Shown: positions 25,310 through 38,616 of the stretch, piece by piece
Numbering within the stretch: the first letter of the stretch is position 1
Layout of the letters: each line of letters begins with the position of its first letter
NCBI RefSeq assembly: GCF_002105155.1
Contig: NW_019028988.1
Location: 1 to 64,000 of the forward strand
From: Lobosporangium transversale
Taxonomy: Eukaryota
Direction of reading: 5' to 3'
Length of the DNA stretch: 64,000 nt
The notes under the pieces: generated by a model
The model's input: only the letters and a program-made list of their open reading frames with translations
The model's database searches: none
Told to the model about the DNA's origin: nothing
Program-made: the position numbers and the translations under genes

Positions 25310-27879
25310 ATGGTAATTTAATGAACACGCTCACCAGGAATGGTACAACTGAATGACCATTATTAATGACTCGACAATGTTTATAATGCATGTAATCAAT
25401 AAATGTCATTCTTTTAACCCGACAAATGTCGTTTACCAATAGCTTGTCCGAGTGCGAAGTAAAGAGGGCACTCATCGCATTGAGGTGAATCCAACTGACG
25501 ATATCACAGTCCTTAAGGATAAGGTATATTTTTACTATTGGTGGCATTTTATGGTACTGCGCAGTAGGTCTATGTGAACATTACTCTTAATGGCTTTGTC
25601 AACCTTTTTATGATGTATTTCAACAGATCGCACAAGCACTTAGCATCATAGATCCATCAACGATCACCGTTAGCGACCAACCCAATGCAGGAGCCACACA
25701 AATGGATAGCCTTTCTGGAAAGTCTTTGGCTGAGCTGAATATCAAGTATGTAAGCGATATATTTTTGATCAGGATATAATAACATTTTTTGAATGCTGCG
25801 GCATGTTGCGTTGCTAATCTTAATTTTTTACCTGTTGGACGTTTCCTATTATAGGCATGGCGATCTTCTCTATATTGGGTTTGCAGAAGCTGCGGTGCAA
25901 GCTGACAATAAAGCACCATCGGCAATAGTCGTGCAGGATGCTGTTGATGATTATTTAGATACACAGGATGGCCTTATCAAAAGAGGAAAAGATCCTAAAT
26001 TGTACGTAGCAGACATCATGTATTCGTTCCTCGGCATATATGTTTCTTTTTTTTTACTAATATTTGCTCTCATGTCGTCCTGCAAATCCCGTTAGCTGCA
26101 AGCATGCTGCGAATGGAATGTGCGACTATTGCATGCCTCTCGAGCCATATGATCCAGCATATTTGGAGGAGCATAAGATCAAGAGCATGTCGTTTCATTC
26201 GTATTTGCGAAAGCTGGGTGCACATGATAAGAAGCAAGGAACGTCCTACATCACCTTGCCTTCACTTGAGGAACCATCATACAAAGTTAAAACCAACTGC
26301 AGTTCTGGACATCCACCATGGCCTGCCAGCATCTGTACTAAATGTCAACCCAGTGCTATCACTTTACAGCGCCAGGTGAGGCAATTTAACAAACAACAAA
26401 GTGGAGGTTATATTTTTAGCTCTGCGTGATAATGAGGCTAACATTGATCACCAATGCTAAATATCATAGCCATTCCGACTGGTTGATCACGTGGAGTTCT
26501 CCAACGCATCCATTATTGACAACTTTATTGGTTATTGGCGTTCCACTGGACTTCAGCGTTTTGGTTACATGTATGGAAGATATGAGCCTTATCCAGAAGT
26601 GCCTCTTGGTATCAAAGCTGTGGTAGAAGCCATTTACGAGCCTCCCCAGGAAGGCGACAGCGAAGGCTTAAGGGTTGAGGACCCAATCGAAGGCGAAAAA
26701 AGAGCAGGTGAGATGGCGACAGCATGTGGACTCCAGCGCGTGGGCATGATCTATACTGACTTGACTGATGATGGCACCGGGAAAGGGACAGTTCTTTGTA
26801 AGCGGCATATTGATTCGTACTTTTTCTCATCGCAAGAGTGTCAATTTGCGGCAGTGATGCAGAAAAAATACCCCAATGCGACAAAATACTCCTCCACAGG
26901 AACGTTTGGCTCCAAATTCGTGACATGTGTCATTGGAGGCAACGAGGAAGGCAACATTGATGTGTCATCATATCAAGTTTCCAACACATGTGTGGGTATG
27001 GTGGATGCGGACATTGTCGAGCCTAGTGTAGAGCCAGGAATTATGCGAGTCAAGGAGCCCACGTCGGAACGATACATTCCAGATGTGTTTTTTAAATACA
27101 AGAACGAGTATAATTTGGTTGTTCAGAAGGATGCAAAGCCCTCTTTCCCCGTTGAATACCTTTTGGTTAACGTAAGGTTTTCAGCCATGGCTATAGTTAG
27201 CATTTATGGAGCTGTTGTTTGTATGGATATCCAGTTAACCCTCCCGAACGGGCACTAATGCGTATTTTTATATCGCTAATAGGTAACACATGGTTTCCCT
27301 GTTAAATCTTCGCCAATGTTTACCTCACCAAAGGATTTCCCTATCGAGAATAGAGTTGGGGTATTTACACAGGATGCCGGTGCATTGCATCGCTACCTTC
27401 AATCTGGAAACCTGGTTGATCTTGCATCCAACTTTCACTTTTTACTTTTTACTCGCAGCATGGGTATTTTAAATGATGCTGTAAGTCTATATTACTCGTA
27501 CTATTCCTATATTATTGAAACCTTGGAGTATTTGGCTTTTCAATTGAATACCAAAAGAGCCATGGAATCATACTAAACATTTTTTTTTATTCCTTAACTG
27601 ATACAGGATGAAATGAATCTTTTGGTACGTGTTGCACTTTTACATAAAGAAGAAGATGCAAACAAGTTAGTCCAGACGGGTGGGTGGCAGACACTATTGA
27701 CAATCCTGAAGGAGTCTGCCGGACCGTCCAGAGCAAATCAAGGCGAGTCTTCTTCAAGTGGAGGCGCTGGTAGTTCATTGGGCACATCAGCAGCAGCGCC
27801 TTGGACATGTCGTCATTGCACATTCCTTAACACCCACGGTGACGAGAACTGCGAGATGTGTGGACTTCCAATGGGATAA
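25310..27879 (+). CDS. NPL4: Cdc48 cofactor Npl4 (zf-NPL4, MPN-like domain, C-terminal NZF/RanBP2 zinc finger), multi-exon
   Basis: An ATG-only first coding exon splices to [15 protein letters not shown]. Later motifs: [75 protein letters not shown] and [10 protein letters not shown]...CEMCGLP. Confidence 0.95.
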
Positions 27880-28117
27880 ATGTGGAAGAAGTTATGGAAC
27901 GCACTTTAACAATTTCTTTCCACGGAACTTTGCTCAACATGTTGTTGAATCTCATTGACTACTATTATTGTAAAAGAAAAAGAAAAAAAGAAATAAAAAG
28001 TGATACAGTTTATTTCATTTCATGGATCGTGTATAACGCAGTCACTTGCAGAAAAATTAATTAAAAGCGTTGTTGATCTTGTTCATTTCATTTTCTTACA
28101 GTTCTGAAAACAGCATC

Positions 28118-29390
28118 ATGAACAGAATCACCACTCTCTATTTCCGTAGAATACCTTCAGGACTCGGGTTCGGTCACAAAATCGAATCACACGCCACATG
28201 CACGGCCGTACGATTATATGCTTCTGGAGGAGTCAAAAGTGGGGGAAGAGGAGGAGCAGCAGCAACTTCCTCAAAGAAGTCGCCCTCACTCTCCAAACAT
28301 TCACCTCCGGAATTGAAGAACATAAATGCTACATTGTCACCTTCGTCAATTGCAAGCAACTCTACAGCAGGGAAGCCCTCAACAATGGCAACAACGGCAG
28401 CAGTACCCAGAGAATCTATTGGATCGAAAACTAGAAGAGGTGGAACAGGATCTTTCCCCAATTTCTCGCGCAACCTTGCAGAGATGTGTACTAAGCAGTA
28501 AAGTCTTTTTTTTTTTTTTTTTTTTTTTTTTAGCAAGGAGTGATGCAAGCATTAAAAAAAAAAAAAAAAAAAGGTCTCTTAGTCTCAAGACTATCAGATA
28601 ATGCTGATCTAATATTCATCTCTAACTTTTTTTTCCTCTGTGGGAGGAAATTTGACTGATCTGAATGGTAGAGATGTTGTGTTCTATGAACCTCCACCGA
28701 CGATCAAAAAGACATTTATGTTAGCCTATATAACTGCAGGATTGCAAATGATCTTCTGGGGCAATGTTGCACAATATGCATTTACGCACTACACGGATAA
28801 TCCTATCTTTTCAGCCACTCAGCCTCCGCCTCCACCATTGCCTCTTCCTGGAACTGAAGGAGTTGAATCAACAGATCTGCCTTTAGCTCCACTCCGTAAA
28901 CGGATCATCATCTCGGCTGGGCTTGTTGGTACTGGTTTCGTCATTGCATTTGGTATCTGTGCTGTTCCATGGAGGTAACATTTTTTTTTTTTTTTTTTTT
29001 TTTTTTTAGGACAGGAAAGTTTCTACTTTGAGGAAGGAATAGTCCCAATATCATATGTTTAATCTTCCCTTTTGCTTGGCCTTTTATTTATTTATTTTAT
29101 CAAGATATGTCACAAAGCTGACGTTACTTAGAGGCGGCACGCAGATTAGGATTGAGACTGGACGCAAGTTCCCCAAAGGATATCATCGGATCTATCCAAT
29201 TCAGGACATGCAATGCCGTCAACAACTGCTCACAAACGTTGGGCCTCAAGGGACATCACCCGCCAAGGAAGGAAGTAGTGCTCATATTATGCTCGGTAGT
29301 AAAAAAGAACGCATGTCCTTCTTTATCGATCGACGAGGATGGTTCAAGGACCCTGCACTTTGGGACAAAATCTTCCATAAACCTTATTAA
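28118..29390 (+). CDS. TMEM223/Mrx15-like mitochondrial inner-membrane protein, 3 exons
   Basis: Basic presequence-like N-terminus and two TM segments, then RYVTKLTLLRGG...FFIDRRGWFKDPALWDKIF, which resembles the TMEM223 C-terminal motifs. Confidence 0.6.
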
Positions 29391-29616
29391 TGCAATGATG
29401 AAATAAAGATAATTTTTATTACATATTTTTTGTGTTATTATTATATAAATATTATAAATGTTAAAGATGTATTATGGTGATTAGATGAACAAAAAAATTA
29501 ATAAATAAAGTTGTTCATATCATTAGAATAAGTTATGGGTAAGAAGATTGAAACAATTTAACAAAAGTGGAAGGGGAAGGTAAACTATAATGAATTTACA
29601 ATTCGGGTCTCGATAT

Positions 29617-30696
29617 TTAGTAACGGCGCCCAAAGAATCTTCCCCAGCGGCTAACGACGGGCTTCTCTGTATAGACGGGGTCAGCAACAGGCGCAATAGG
29701 AGCAGTACCGGGAGCACCAGCAACGGCGGGTGCCACGGGAGCAACAGGGGCAACAGGGACAACAGGAGCGACAGCTGCTACAGGACGGAAAGTTCTGGTC
29801 CTTCCCCAAGAATAGAACTGAATAAGCATACCCAAGATAGCCATAACCAAGAACGTTCCGAGCAGAGCATAGGCACCTGCAGGCTCATCCTCGAAATGAG
29901 ATTCAACACTGTTTCGAGAGTTGATGAAGGAGTCTGCACGAGAGGTGAAGCCAGTATGAGCGTACATGTCCACACCAACGACGAAGGAGTAAGCGCCTAC
30001 GATAGCAGAGGCTACGATCACCATTTCCTTCTCATTAAAAAGCCCGATCACGAAGCCAATGACCGCGAGGACGACCAGCAAGGAGATTCGGCCTGAAGAA
30101 TTGGTGATGACTCCACCGGATTTCCAACCCAGGATCCAAAGTCCCACAGCATAGAACGCCAAGGCGCCCAAGACAGCAGCTCCGAGTCTGGAACAAAAGA
30201 TAAGGAACAATCCTCCGATGATGCCAACTATGATGGAGATTACCAACAGGAGAGTGTAGGAGGATACACCAGCATTCGCCATACCAATGTAAGAGAGGTT
30301 ACCCAGGAAGTAAAATCCAGCAATGAATAAGGTTACATAATAGATTCGGTAGCCAAAGAAACAGAGAATAAAGCCTAGGATAATCAAGATGGCGCCTGCA
30401 ATTTTCGCCTGAGTCGAGATGTTGTAGGGTCCCTCACGCGCATCTCCGAGGACATCATCAAGATCATTATTGCCATTATCATCATCTCCTGGAGCTTTAC
30501 TCGCCGTTGGAAATCCTGGTAGGGGAGCAGCGGAGGAAAGGGTAGCAAAGAGAGAGATCATCATGGAGATGATCATGAGGAGATATGCAGGCGCACATCG
30601 TAGCCAGTTGTTGGGTTTGGTGCGAGGGAGGCGTCTACTACGTAGGAGTGAGCTTGGTGAATGGAGGAGAGTTGTAGATTTTTTGGAGCGGGTCAT
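29617..30696 (-). CDS. DUF4203/TM7SF3-like multi-pass membrane protein, intronless
   Basis: Signal/TM segment, then GAILIILGFILCFFGYRIYYVTLFIAGFY...ASAIVGAYSFVVGVDMYAHTGF with ~7 Gly-rich hydrophobic segments. Confidence 0.75.
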   Translation of the reverse strand: MTRSKKSTTLLHSPSSLLRSRRLPRTKPNNWLRCAPAYLLMIISMMISLFATLSSAAPLPGFPTASKAPGDDDNGNNDLDDVLGDAREGPYNISTQAKIAGAILIILGFILCFFGYRIYYVTLFIAGFYFLGNLSYIGMANAGVSSYTLLLVISIIVGIIGGLFLIFCSRLGAAVLGALAFYAVGLWILGWKSGGVITNSSGRISLLVVLAVIGFVIGLFNEKEMVIVASAIVGAYSFVVGVDMYAHTGFTSRADSFINSRNSVESHFEDEPAGAYALLGTFLVMAILGMLIQFYSWGRTRTFRPVAAVAPVVPVAPVAPVAPAVAGAPGTAPIAPVADPVYTEKPVVSRWGRFFGRRY

Positions 30697-31371
30697 GTTT
30701 TAATATGATTTAATTTGAAAAGTGTTAAGGAATAAAAAAGATGGTGAGGAGGTCTGTTCTTTTTATATGTTCCATGGGTATGGGTATTTATTATAAAAGA
30801 CAATAAACTTTTAGATGCATAGGAGACGTTATGTCATGAATGGATGGTCTATGTAGCAGGTCCCTGGTTTGGTCCATTGTTGCTTGTCTAGAAGACAATT
30901 TTACTTCATATAATCTTAATGGCGTTAAGCTGCCCAAGTGGATCACATGGGCTTTTTTTTAGACCCTGCTAAAATGACTTGAACGCTCGGAATAAGGCTT
31001 CTTAAGACGTTTACTTTGTTGCTTTGTTTGGTATTTTACATCACCCAAGCATCATTTGAAAAGTTATTCAAGTAATAACAAGTAATTACACTAGAAAAGG
31101 GTGGTGTACAAAAATAAAAATTAAAGGAATGTTGTTCCTCAGCAACAAACAAACATGTGTGCGTCATACATTGATATTGAAATAAAATATGATGGTTTCT
31201 CCGTTCCATGGCTGTGCATTAAGTGGCACAAAAATCTTACAGCATATTGCGTTACAAGCATTGTTTATTTTTTATTATGTCAGCTTAAATTAACATGGGC
31301 CATGGCATAGTGTAATATGGATATAAATGTTTGCACGTTTTCTTTTTTTATACATCTAACTATAGCCTATA

Positions 31372-34300
31372 TTAATGACGTCTTTGGTTAACAGTAGGTA
31401 CCCCCTGAGACGCTCGAGCCCGAAGGGACGATGATGAAGACGACATTACATCTCCTGCACGACTCGTACTTGTGGTCACAGAGGCCGCCGAGCCACGAGA
31501 CGCTCCTCTGCTTCTTTCTACATTACTGTTGCCATATATTGGTATTGAATGGCTGGATTGGTTTGTGGCAACTGATGCAGCCGTTGAGGGACGCGAAGGT
31601 ATTGCGCTTCCGCCTCGTGAACTGACTGCATGGTTTCCTCCCCCGATAACTTGACTTGATGAAGTTGAAGCTGTTCCGGTTGCGGATGACTCTGACGTAG
31701 ACGATGGTGGCGGGGGGCGCACAAGCTCAATTGAATGATAGCTGGGGTAGACAAAATCCTCGGTGATGAACTTACGAAGCTGTTCTAAGACAAAGCGTTC
31801 AACCTTTCCCACGTTTTTCAATACAGCTATCAATCAATGGGTGAAAAGGAAATAATTTTAGAAATGAAATGGTAGAGCCAAACACGACGAAGAAAATATA
31901 TTGAGATACCTTGCTTTTGCTCATCGCCAACCTGGGATTCAATTCGAACACTTGATAGGATACTAGCATATTAATTGATAGAGAGAAGCTAGCAGTAAGC
32001 TACTGTTTATGATCTAGAGCAATTATTATTATTATTATTATTTTACCTCTCATTAGGATCCTCGGGTTCCAGGAAACAAACATTGACGTGATCACGCAGA
32101 TATGCCATCAACACCTTGGCTATTACAAAAAACAGCAGTTTGAACAAATGGTGTCTAGGCTGTTAGCGTACACAATTCGTTTTACATGATAATATGGGTA
32201 AGATCTAATTTTTAAACTGTCAAATGTCAAAGGTAAAGTATTACCAATTACCTTTGAACGAGAATCCCGTGATAACAAGCTTCACTGGCAGCGCCAAGAA
32301 TGAAAACGTTGGATAATTGAGCAATAATTCTGTTTCGATTGTAAATCCCATTGACCCTTGATATTGCACCGAGAGGAGTAGTTGAATGTCATTCTCGTGA
32401 CGCTTAGAGGGCGTTGTTCCTAATGGCGGTGTATATGTAGGTGGTGTCCTTGCTCCTCCATGGTCATAATCATTGTTCCTAGGATGGTCTTCTCGCTTCC
32501 TCCGTCTTCTCCTGTCTTGGTGGTCCCCGACATTTTGGCTGATAGAATTATTCCCGCCACCGGTAGACTGGACGTTTGAACGGCCATGGATCATGCTACT
32601 GCTTCTACTCCTTTGCTCACTCGGAATCGATTGTCCAGTGGTTGATCTGCTGGTCCTTCCTATTATTGGGCCTCTATCATCTTTCAAACTCCCAACAGTC
32701 TTGGGCTGCAATGGAAATGCATCAAAACTGTATGATTCTATCGGTGACATATAAATAGAGTTGTCATGATGCTGCTGGTAACGAGGATCCTGCTCTTGAT
32801 CCCTTAACCCATTCAGCAAAGCCTCAGCTGCTGCCACTGAGCGCTGTTCCGTTGTTAAAGCCGCTGGTGTTGCTTCTCCTGTGGTCGATACTGTATAGGC
32901 TTCATCTTCAACTGTGTCCGAGAAGCTTTGTCGCCTCGAAAATGCTGTTGTAGGCGATTCGAAGCCTCTTGGAGTGCTGGGTATGGTTCTAGAAGGAGTT
33001 CCAGCTCTCAGCCCCAAGAGTGAATTCCCGGACACGACTATGCTTGAAAGATCTGGAAAATAGAGTTGTGGTCCCGGAGGCCCTACGGCAGTTGAGTTAA
33101 AAGTGGTCGTTGCATTAGAGCCCGTAGTAGCACTAACAGAATTGGACGTTGGTGAGCTATAAAATGGAACTCCTGATAACGATCGGGTTCCAGACCTGGT
33201 TTGCATGACACTGGATAAAACCCCACCAGGATTGGACCCTATCCCCGGGCCAAATCCGAGTCCAAGCCCACTCCCCATGTTGCCATTCGGACCGCCTGGT
33301 GTGGATGGGAAGAGCGATGCGCCAAGTTGAGGTTGCTGTTGTTGAGGGAGATTTTGAGCACTGTTTCTTAATGAGCTTTCCTGGTCTGCTGCCTTGATAG
33401 GCGTTGAATGCTCTAAGACTAGATCTTTCATGCGCTGATAAATGGTTGATTCTCCTTGGGTATAAAACGCTTCACTCTCAATTTCATCATCAGATGGATG
33501 AGAACTTAGGCTATGGCTTGTACTAGATTTCCTTGCAGATGTGTTTTTAGTATCGTAGGGCGAGGGTGCAGAGACGCTAGTGTCGCCATCAAGCTTGAGA
33601 TCTCGATTGATACGTTTCGGTTCTTGAGTATATGAGACTACTTCATGTTCTACAGGATGGTGACGAGAACGACGCACTGAAGGTGAAGTTGAGCACTCGA
33701 ATGGTGCTGACCGACTAGATCCGGCAGATGATACTGATGAAGCCCGAGACGAAATTTTGGTTGGCGAAGCTGTCGCAGACCGGATCGAGCGAAGGCCATG
33801 ATCCTGGATGAAGGCTGAACTATCCAACCCCAAGCCTCCCAAGCCCGGTACTCCTGAACGATGATCTCTATTGAGCTCCTCCTTGTATGAATCCCATCCA
33901 CTGCTGCTTGCGCCGCCTTTTCTGTGCTTTTGTGGTATGTCTTGCTGTCGATGCAGCCACTCTTCTGCTTCTAGTTGCTGCTGCCGTTCGAAACGTCCTG
34001 ATCCTAAATATTCGATATCATCGCCCTCGCCTACCATGACAACGCTTCCATCCGGCGAATAAGGATATTCATCATCATATTCATCGCCACTGGCGAGTTC
34101 ATCTTCATCCATACTCTCGCCTCCTCCTGCCTCTGCTGCCTCTTGTGCTAGTCGAGCTTCCTCCTGATCCATATGAACATACCACTCTTCGAGCGGATCC
34201 GTCACATCCAGAACCGTAACACTGGGTGGTGTGTCTCCGAAACGGAATTTCGAGACGGCAATATTCCCTAGAAATGTTGGTTTCGCGATGCGCTGAAAGT

Positions 34301-34373
34301 GAGCATGGATCATGCTCTCGATCTGAAGTGCTACTTCGTCATCGAGTTTGTCCCAAGCAAATTCAAACGACAT
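31372..34373 (-). CDS. MDM12: ERMES subunit Mdm12 (SMP domain) with a very large internal low-complexity insertion, 4 exons
   Basis: Begins MSFEFAWDKLD...PTFLGNIAVSKFRFGDTPPSVTVLDVTDP; resumes DIQLLLSVQYQG...LLLNYPTFSFLALPVKLVITGF. Small exons give ILSSVRIESQVGDEQKQ, then VLKNVGKVERFVLEQLRKFITEDFVYPSY. Confidence 0.9.
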
Positions 34374-35541
34374 GACAGATCGAAATGTGATTCACCTGTT
34401 TTCTTTTTCTTTTCACAACTAGCGATACTATAAAAACTGACAAGATCATTCAATGGTTTTGTTGTTTTGATCGCAATGCCAATGTCGATGCTGGCTTTTT
34501 TTTTTTTTTTTTTTTTTTCCTCCAGCAAGAATGAACTGTTGTACTTCTCTCTAGCTGTGCTTGCAATTAACCCTAGTCACGAGAAGCCGAAAAAGGATAT
34601 ATTTATTCGCTTCGCTTTGCCCAACCTTCTTCCAATTATTGGCGAATGCGGAAGTTCCTTTGTGGATGATACTAAGAATATCAATTCTGATGTAACATTT
34701 GCAATCATATTATTTTACAAATGCCTTTTTAGCCCAGCAAACCTCGAAAACTGAATCGAGAGTGTAATTGATGTCCTTATTCATCAATTTGGATCGCTTT
34801 ACGGTCACCATACGCCTCGCGACGTTCCTTTGATAAGTCCTTCAAGCACTGCCGCGACCATTGCTACAGTTCATAACTATGCTTAAAGACATACTGCTAC
34901 AGAAAATAGATCTCTCCTCCCTCTTCATAGTTACTAAGCACCACTCTCTTAGCAAGCTCTGTAACAAAAGGTCCTGCCTGTGACAGATGGAGTCAAGTAA
35001 AGATCCTGAACAGCACCTGTCGCGATGCACATCCATTACTGAATCTGCGTATTTCCCAGCGATAGATTGCTGGCTTGAGAGTACGGTTTGAGTTATTGTT
35101 GATAACTTAATAAGCTATTGTTGTTGATTGAAGATTCACAGTATCTTGCGTAAACCTTTCAATATCATTAAATACTAGATCTGAACAAGCCGAGGCCTCA
35201 AAGTTCTAGTGTAACTTGCAGGGCCAAAGCAATTGATGGCTCCATCCTACTACGTATCAATGCAGAAGGAATGAAGAAAAGCTTGGGGATATTGTAATCT
35301 GTATCGTATGAATGGGGACTGATTCCCACATACCAAAATAAGCTTCTGCTTCAAACATTGCTATCGCTCACTATTTGCTTCAACATGAATACGTGACATT
35401 AGCAGATGTTTTGCAAGGGAGCGAGGCATCTGTGGTCAAGAAAAAGATCTGGTCGTCTTCTCTCATGAAGCTCATTAATATCGAAATTAATTAGCCTGAA
35501 GGGAGAGGTGGTATTTTACTTCATTCCACCAGGGCTCAAGG

Positions 35542-35575
<34 letters not shown>

Positions 35576-37190
35576 AGTATATACATGTATATACAGTAGT
35601 CTAAGCGAAAATAGACATAAGAACCAATCAAACACGCGCTAATTTGTACTTTGGATGACAAATAAACGTTGACTAGAACGATCCAATGTCTTGGACACGA
35701 AGTCCATGTGGTCTTGATACTTCCTGTTCCTGACAGGTTTTACACCTGGTGTGGGTCAGGTCCCAACTAGCCGCACTGATTCTTTTTGTTAAAAGTTTAT
35801 GGCCTCTTTTTTGTTTCTAGGGGGGCTGCAAGGCCCAACAGGTATTGTTCCGATACTGACGGCTGCGGCAGTGGTTGCTCTTTGATTTTGTCTTCTGACA
35901 GGTGGGGTAAATGTCGGTCTTTTAAAATACAAGAACGCCGAAAATGAAAATTACATGTAAAAAGAAACCATTTGTCCGCGGGCTATGTTAGTATGTTTGC
36001 CCTCACCTCTGTAGCTGACAATAAGTAATGGTGAAAGAGAGTCAAGGTCTATTGAACATTGGTGTACAGAAAGCAAAAAAAAAATAAATAAAAAATAAAA
36101 AATTAATTAAAGTGGACATTGGTCTGTCTACTCTCCTTTCTCTTGTGTAAGAGGCTCTCTTGGCTCTCTATTTTTCCTTTGTTCTTCTTTACGTATTGCT
36201 TTTTGCCGCCGCCTCTCTGCTTGCTAATTGATGACCATCTCAAACAAGTGGGTGCAAGAATGAAGGTAAAAGCAGATGGCATAGCAAAAAAAGGGGGAAG
36301 GTGAATGATTTGTGCAGGTCACCCAACAATTACACTGCACTGTCCATTGTTTGATACCTGTGCCGACAATTGTTTTATCCAGAAAGATATTCTGGAAGGG
36401 AAGGAATGTGAGAAAAAGACAAGGAATGTAAGTAGACCGATGTTGATCCACAAGTTGAGGGGAAAATAACGAAGATGATCACGACAGGGGTTCTCGGATG
36501 CAAAATGCAACTTTGTTGCACATGTGCCTGAAACTGAATCGTGAGTGCGTGCGGGTGCTTGTGCGCTGTATTTCAACAATCCTTTTGACTTGATCACGGG
36601 CGTTTCAGCTGCAGTCAATGCCCGATGCCCTCGTTGTTTTTCTTTATGTAACTTTCTGCAATACGCCGATGACATATCATGGCATGGCCACAACAATAGT
36701 GAACTGACTGAACTGCCTAGCCCTTTCCCTGTTTTCTTCTCAGAACACTACAGTGGTATCTAGACTTTATATTGCTTTCATTGTTGCTCGCGAGCCCACT
36801 TATTTTACGTTTGGGCAGTGATCCACACTCATGAACCTCTTATTTGTTATTTTTATATTTTTATATTTTAATTGCTTTAAAGAGCGAAGAGAAAGGAGGT
36901 ATAAAAGATCATTGATTGTCCTCTCAGCCCCAGCTCTACTTCTGGTCTCTTTTGTTTCTTTGTCTTTTCAGTCCCCCTACCACTTGACCAACCTCGTTCA
37001 TTTATTCATTCGTGCATTGTCGTTGAACGACTTCTCTTCCTGACTCTTCACTCTTCACTCTTCACATTTTACTCCTCATACTTCCTTTTACGACAAAACC
37101 AAAGAAAGACCAAACAAGTCCTCTTAAGCTTGCTTATTTTAGACAAAGCCTTCCTCCCTTTCATTTGACAATATCATCAAAATAATCACA

Positions 37191-38616
37191 ATGTTTATTC
37201 GCACATCTATCATTGCATCTGCCACCCTTGCCCTACTTGCTTCTGTGGCTCAAGTTGAAGCCCATTCTTGGGCCGATTGCGTTGACTGGCGTCCCAAGGA
37301 CCCTCAGAATCCAGGTATGCAAATGGAAGACAAAAAAAAAAAGTGCAAGACAACTTTATGTTTATTACATGCAAATCAACGGTTGAACACAATATACACA
37401 GCGCACATTACACATTTTATCATTTACACATTACACATTTCATACCACATTGCCCTCATAACATGGTTGTGTCTATTTTGGGTCGTGCGACATTAACAAC
37501 TCAATGACCGAAGCGTTATTCCTCTCTATCCAATTGGAGGCTATTCTTACTGTCCTAGTCTATTCGTGGTGTCCTTCTCATTCTTTACCACTCAACACTC
37601 TTGTTTGTGTGTTTGTGAGAGGGAGTTTTTTTTTTTTTTTTTTTTTTTTTTAAACAACCGGAGATTATTGAACTAGTTGTATTTTCCCGCGCTTTTTTCT
37701 TGAATAAGCAAGAAGTACCAAATGCTCGTCAAATCACACTTTCTGTAAATTTCAAGGGCTATGTTTCAGTCTCATTTCATATCTTCGGTCAATACCCCCT
37801 GTAACTTTATTGGCACGAAGAGGCGAAGATAGAGTGGGGGGAGTTTTACCTAGCACCTTTGAAAACCAAAAAACAACCCGAAAGAAATAGAGCAATAGCT
37901 GACCTGAACTCGTCGATTTTTTTATTGTTTTGTCATTGTCGTAATATAACACAGGTTTCCGTGACAGTGATGGAGAGTGCTTTGGCTGGGCCCGTCAATA
38001 TCCCATGGATAAGACGCCGTTCGCTGCTCTTGATAGCTCCAGCCCCAGCAGACATTACCAACAGGACCACATTGCCAATCCTGTACCTTGCTCTAATCGC
38101 AGAGCTGGTGTCGAGCCTGGTGCGGATGAAACCCGTCAGGATCCCATAAGCAAGGCCTACGGTGGCAAATTCGGAGCACAGCCCAGGGTCAAAGCAGGAG
38201 ATACGATGTGTGTCCGCTGGCCTGCCAAGAACCACGCTGCCAAGAATGAGCGTGAGAAGTTTGTCAGAATCAACATGCCTCTAGAGCTCCTAGATAAAGA
38301 TCCAGACCAGAAAACCTTCTCCAACTCAACCATTGCCACGATTCCTTTCAAGAATTGTCATGGAGTTGAGAGCAATCCAGATGCTGCTCCCTGTGGAGGA
38401 TGTTTTCCTATCCCCGCTAATTTACAGACTGGTAACTATGTGGTCCAGTGGCGCTGGGAGTTGAATGAAGGTGAATTCTATGCGTCCTGCTGGGATCTGG
38501 CGGTCACTGGTACAGATCCCACCGCGCCAGGCGGCAACCAAACTGCTCCTCTTCCTCCTCCAACTCCTCTTGGTCGCTCAACCTCGGTGTTTGGCAACCT
38601 TGCAAAGAATATTTAA
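37191..38616 (+). CDS. Secreted Cys-rich protein with predicted mature N-terminal His; LPMO-like/copper His-brace candidate, 2 exons (261 aa)
   Basis: Exon 1 (37191-37314) MFIRTSIIASATLALLASVAQVEA/HSWADCVDW...; GT-AG intron 37315-37954; exon 2 in frame GFRDSDGECFGWARQYP...CVRWPAKNH...PCGGCFPIP..LQTGNYVVQWRWELNEGEFYASCWDLAV. Confidence 0.75.

Noticed and set aside
35220..35297. Peptide AIDGSILLRINAEGMKKSLGIL resembling part of a SAM domain
   Set aside because: It is too short, bounded by stops and has no supporting exons; it may be chance or an unrecognisable relic.
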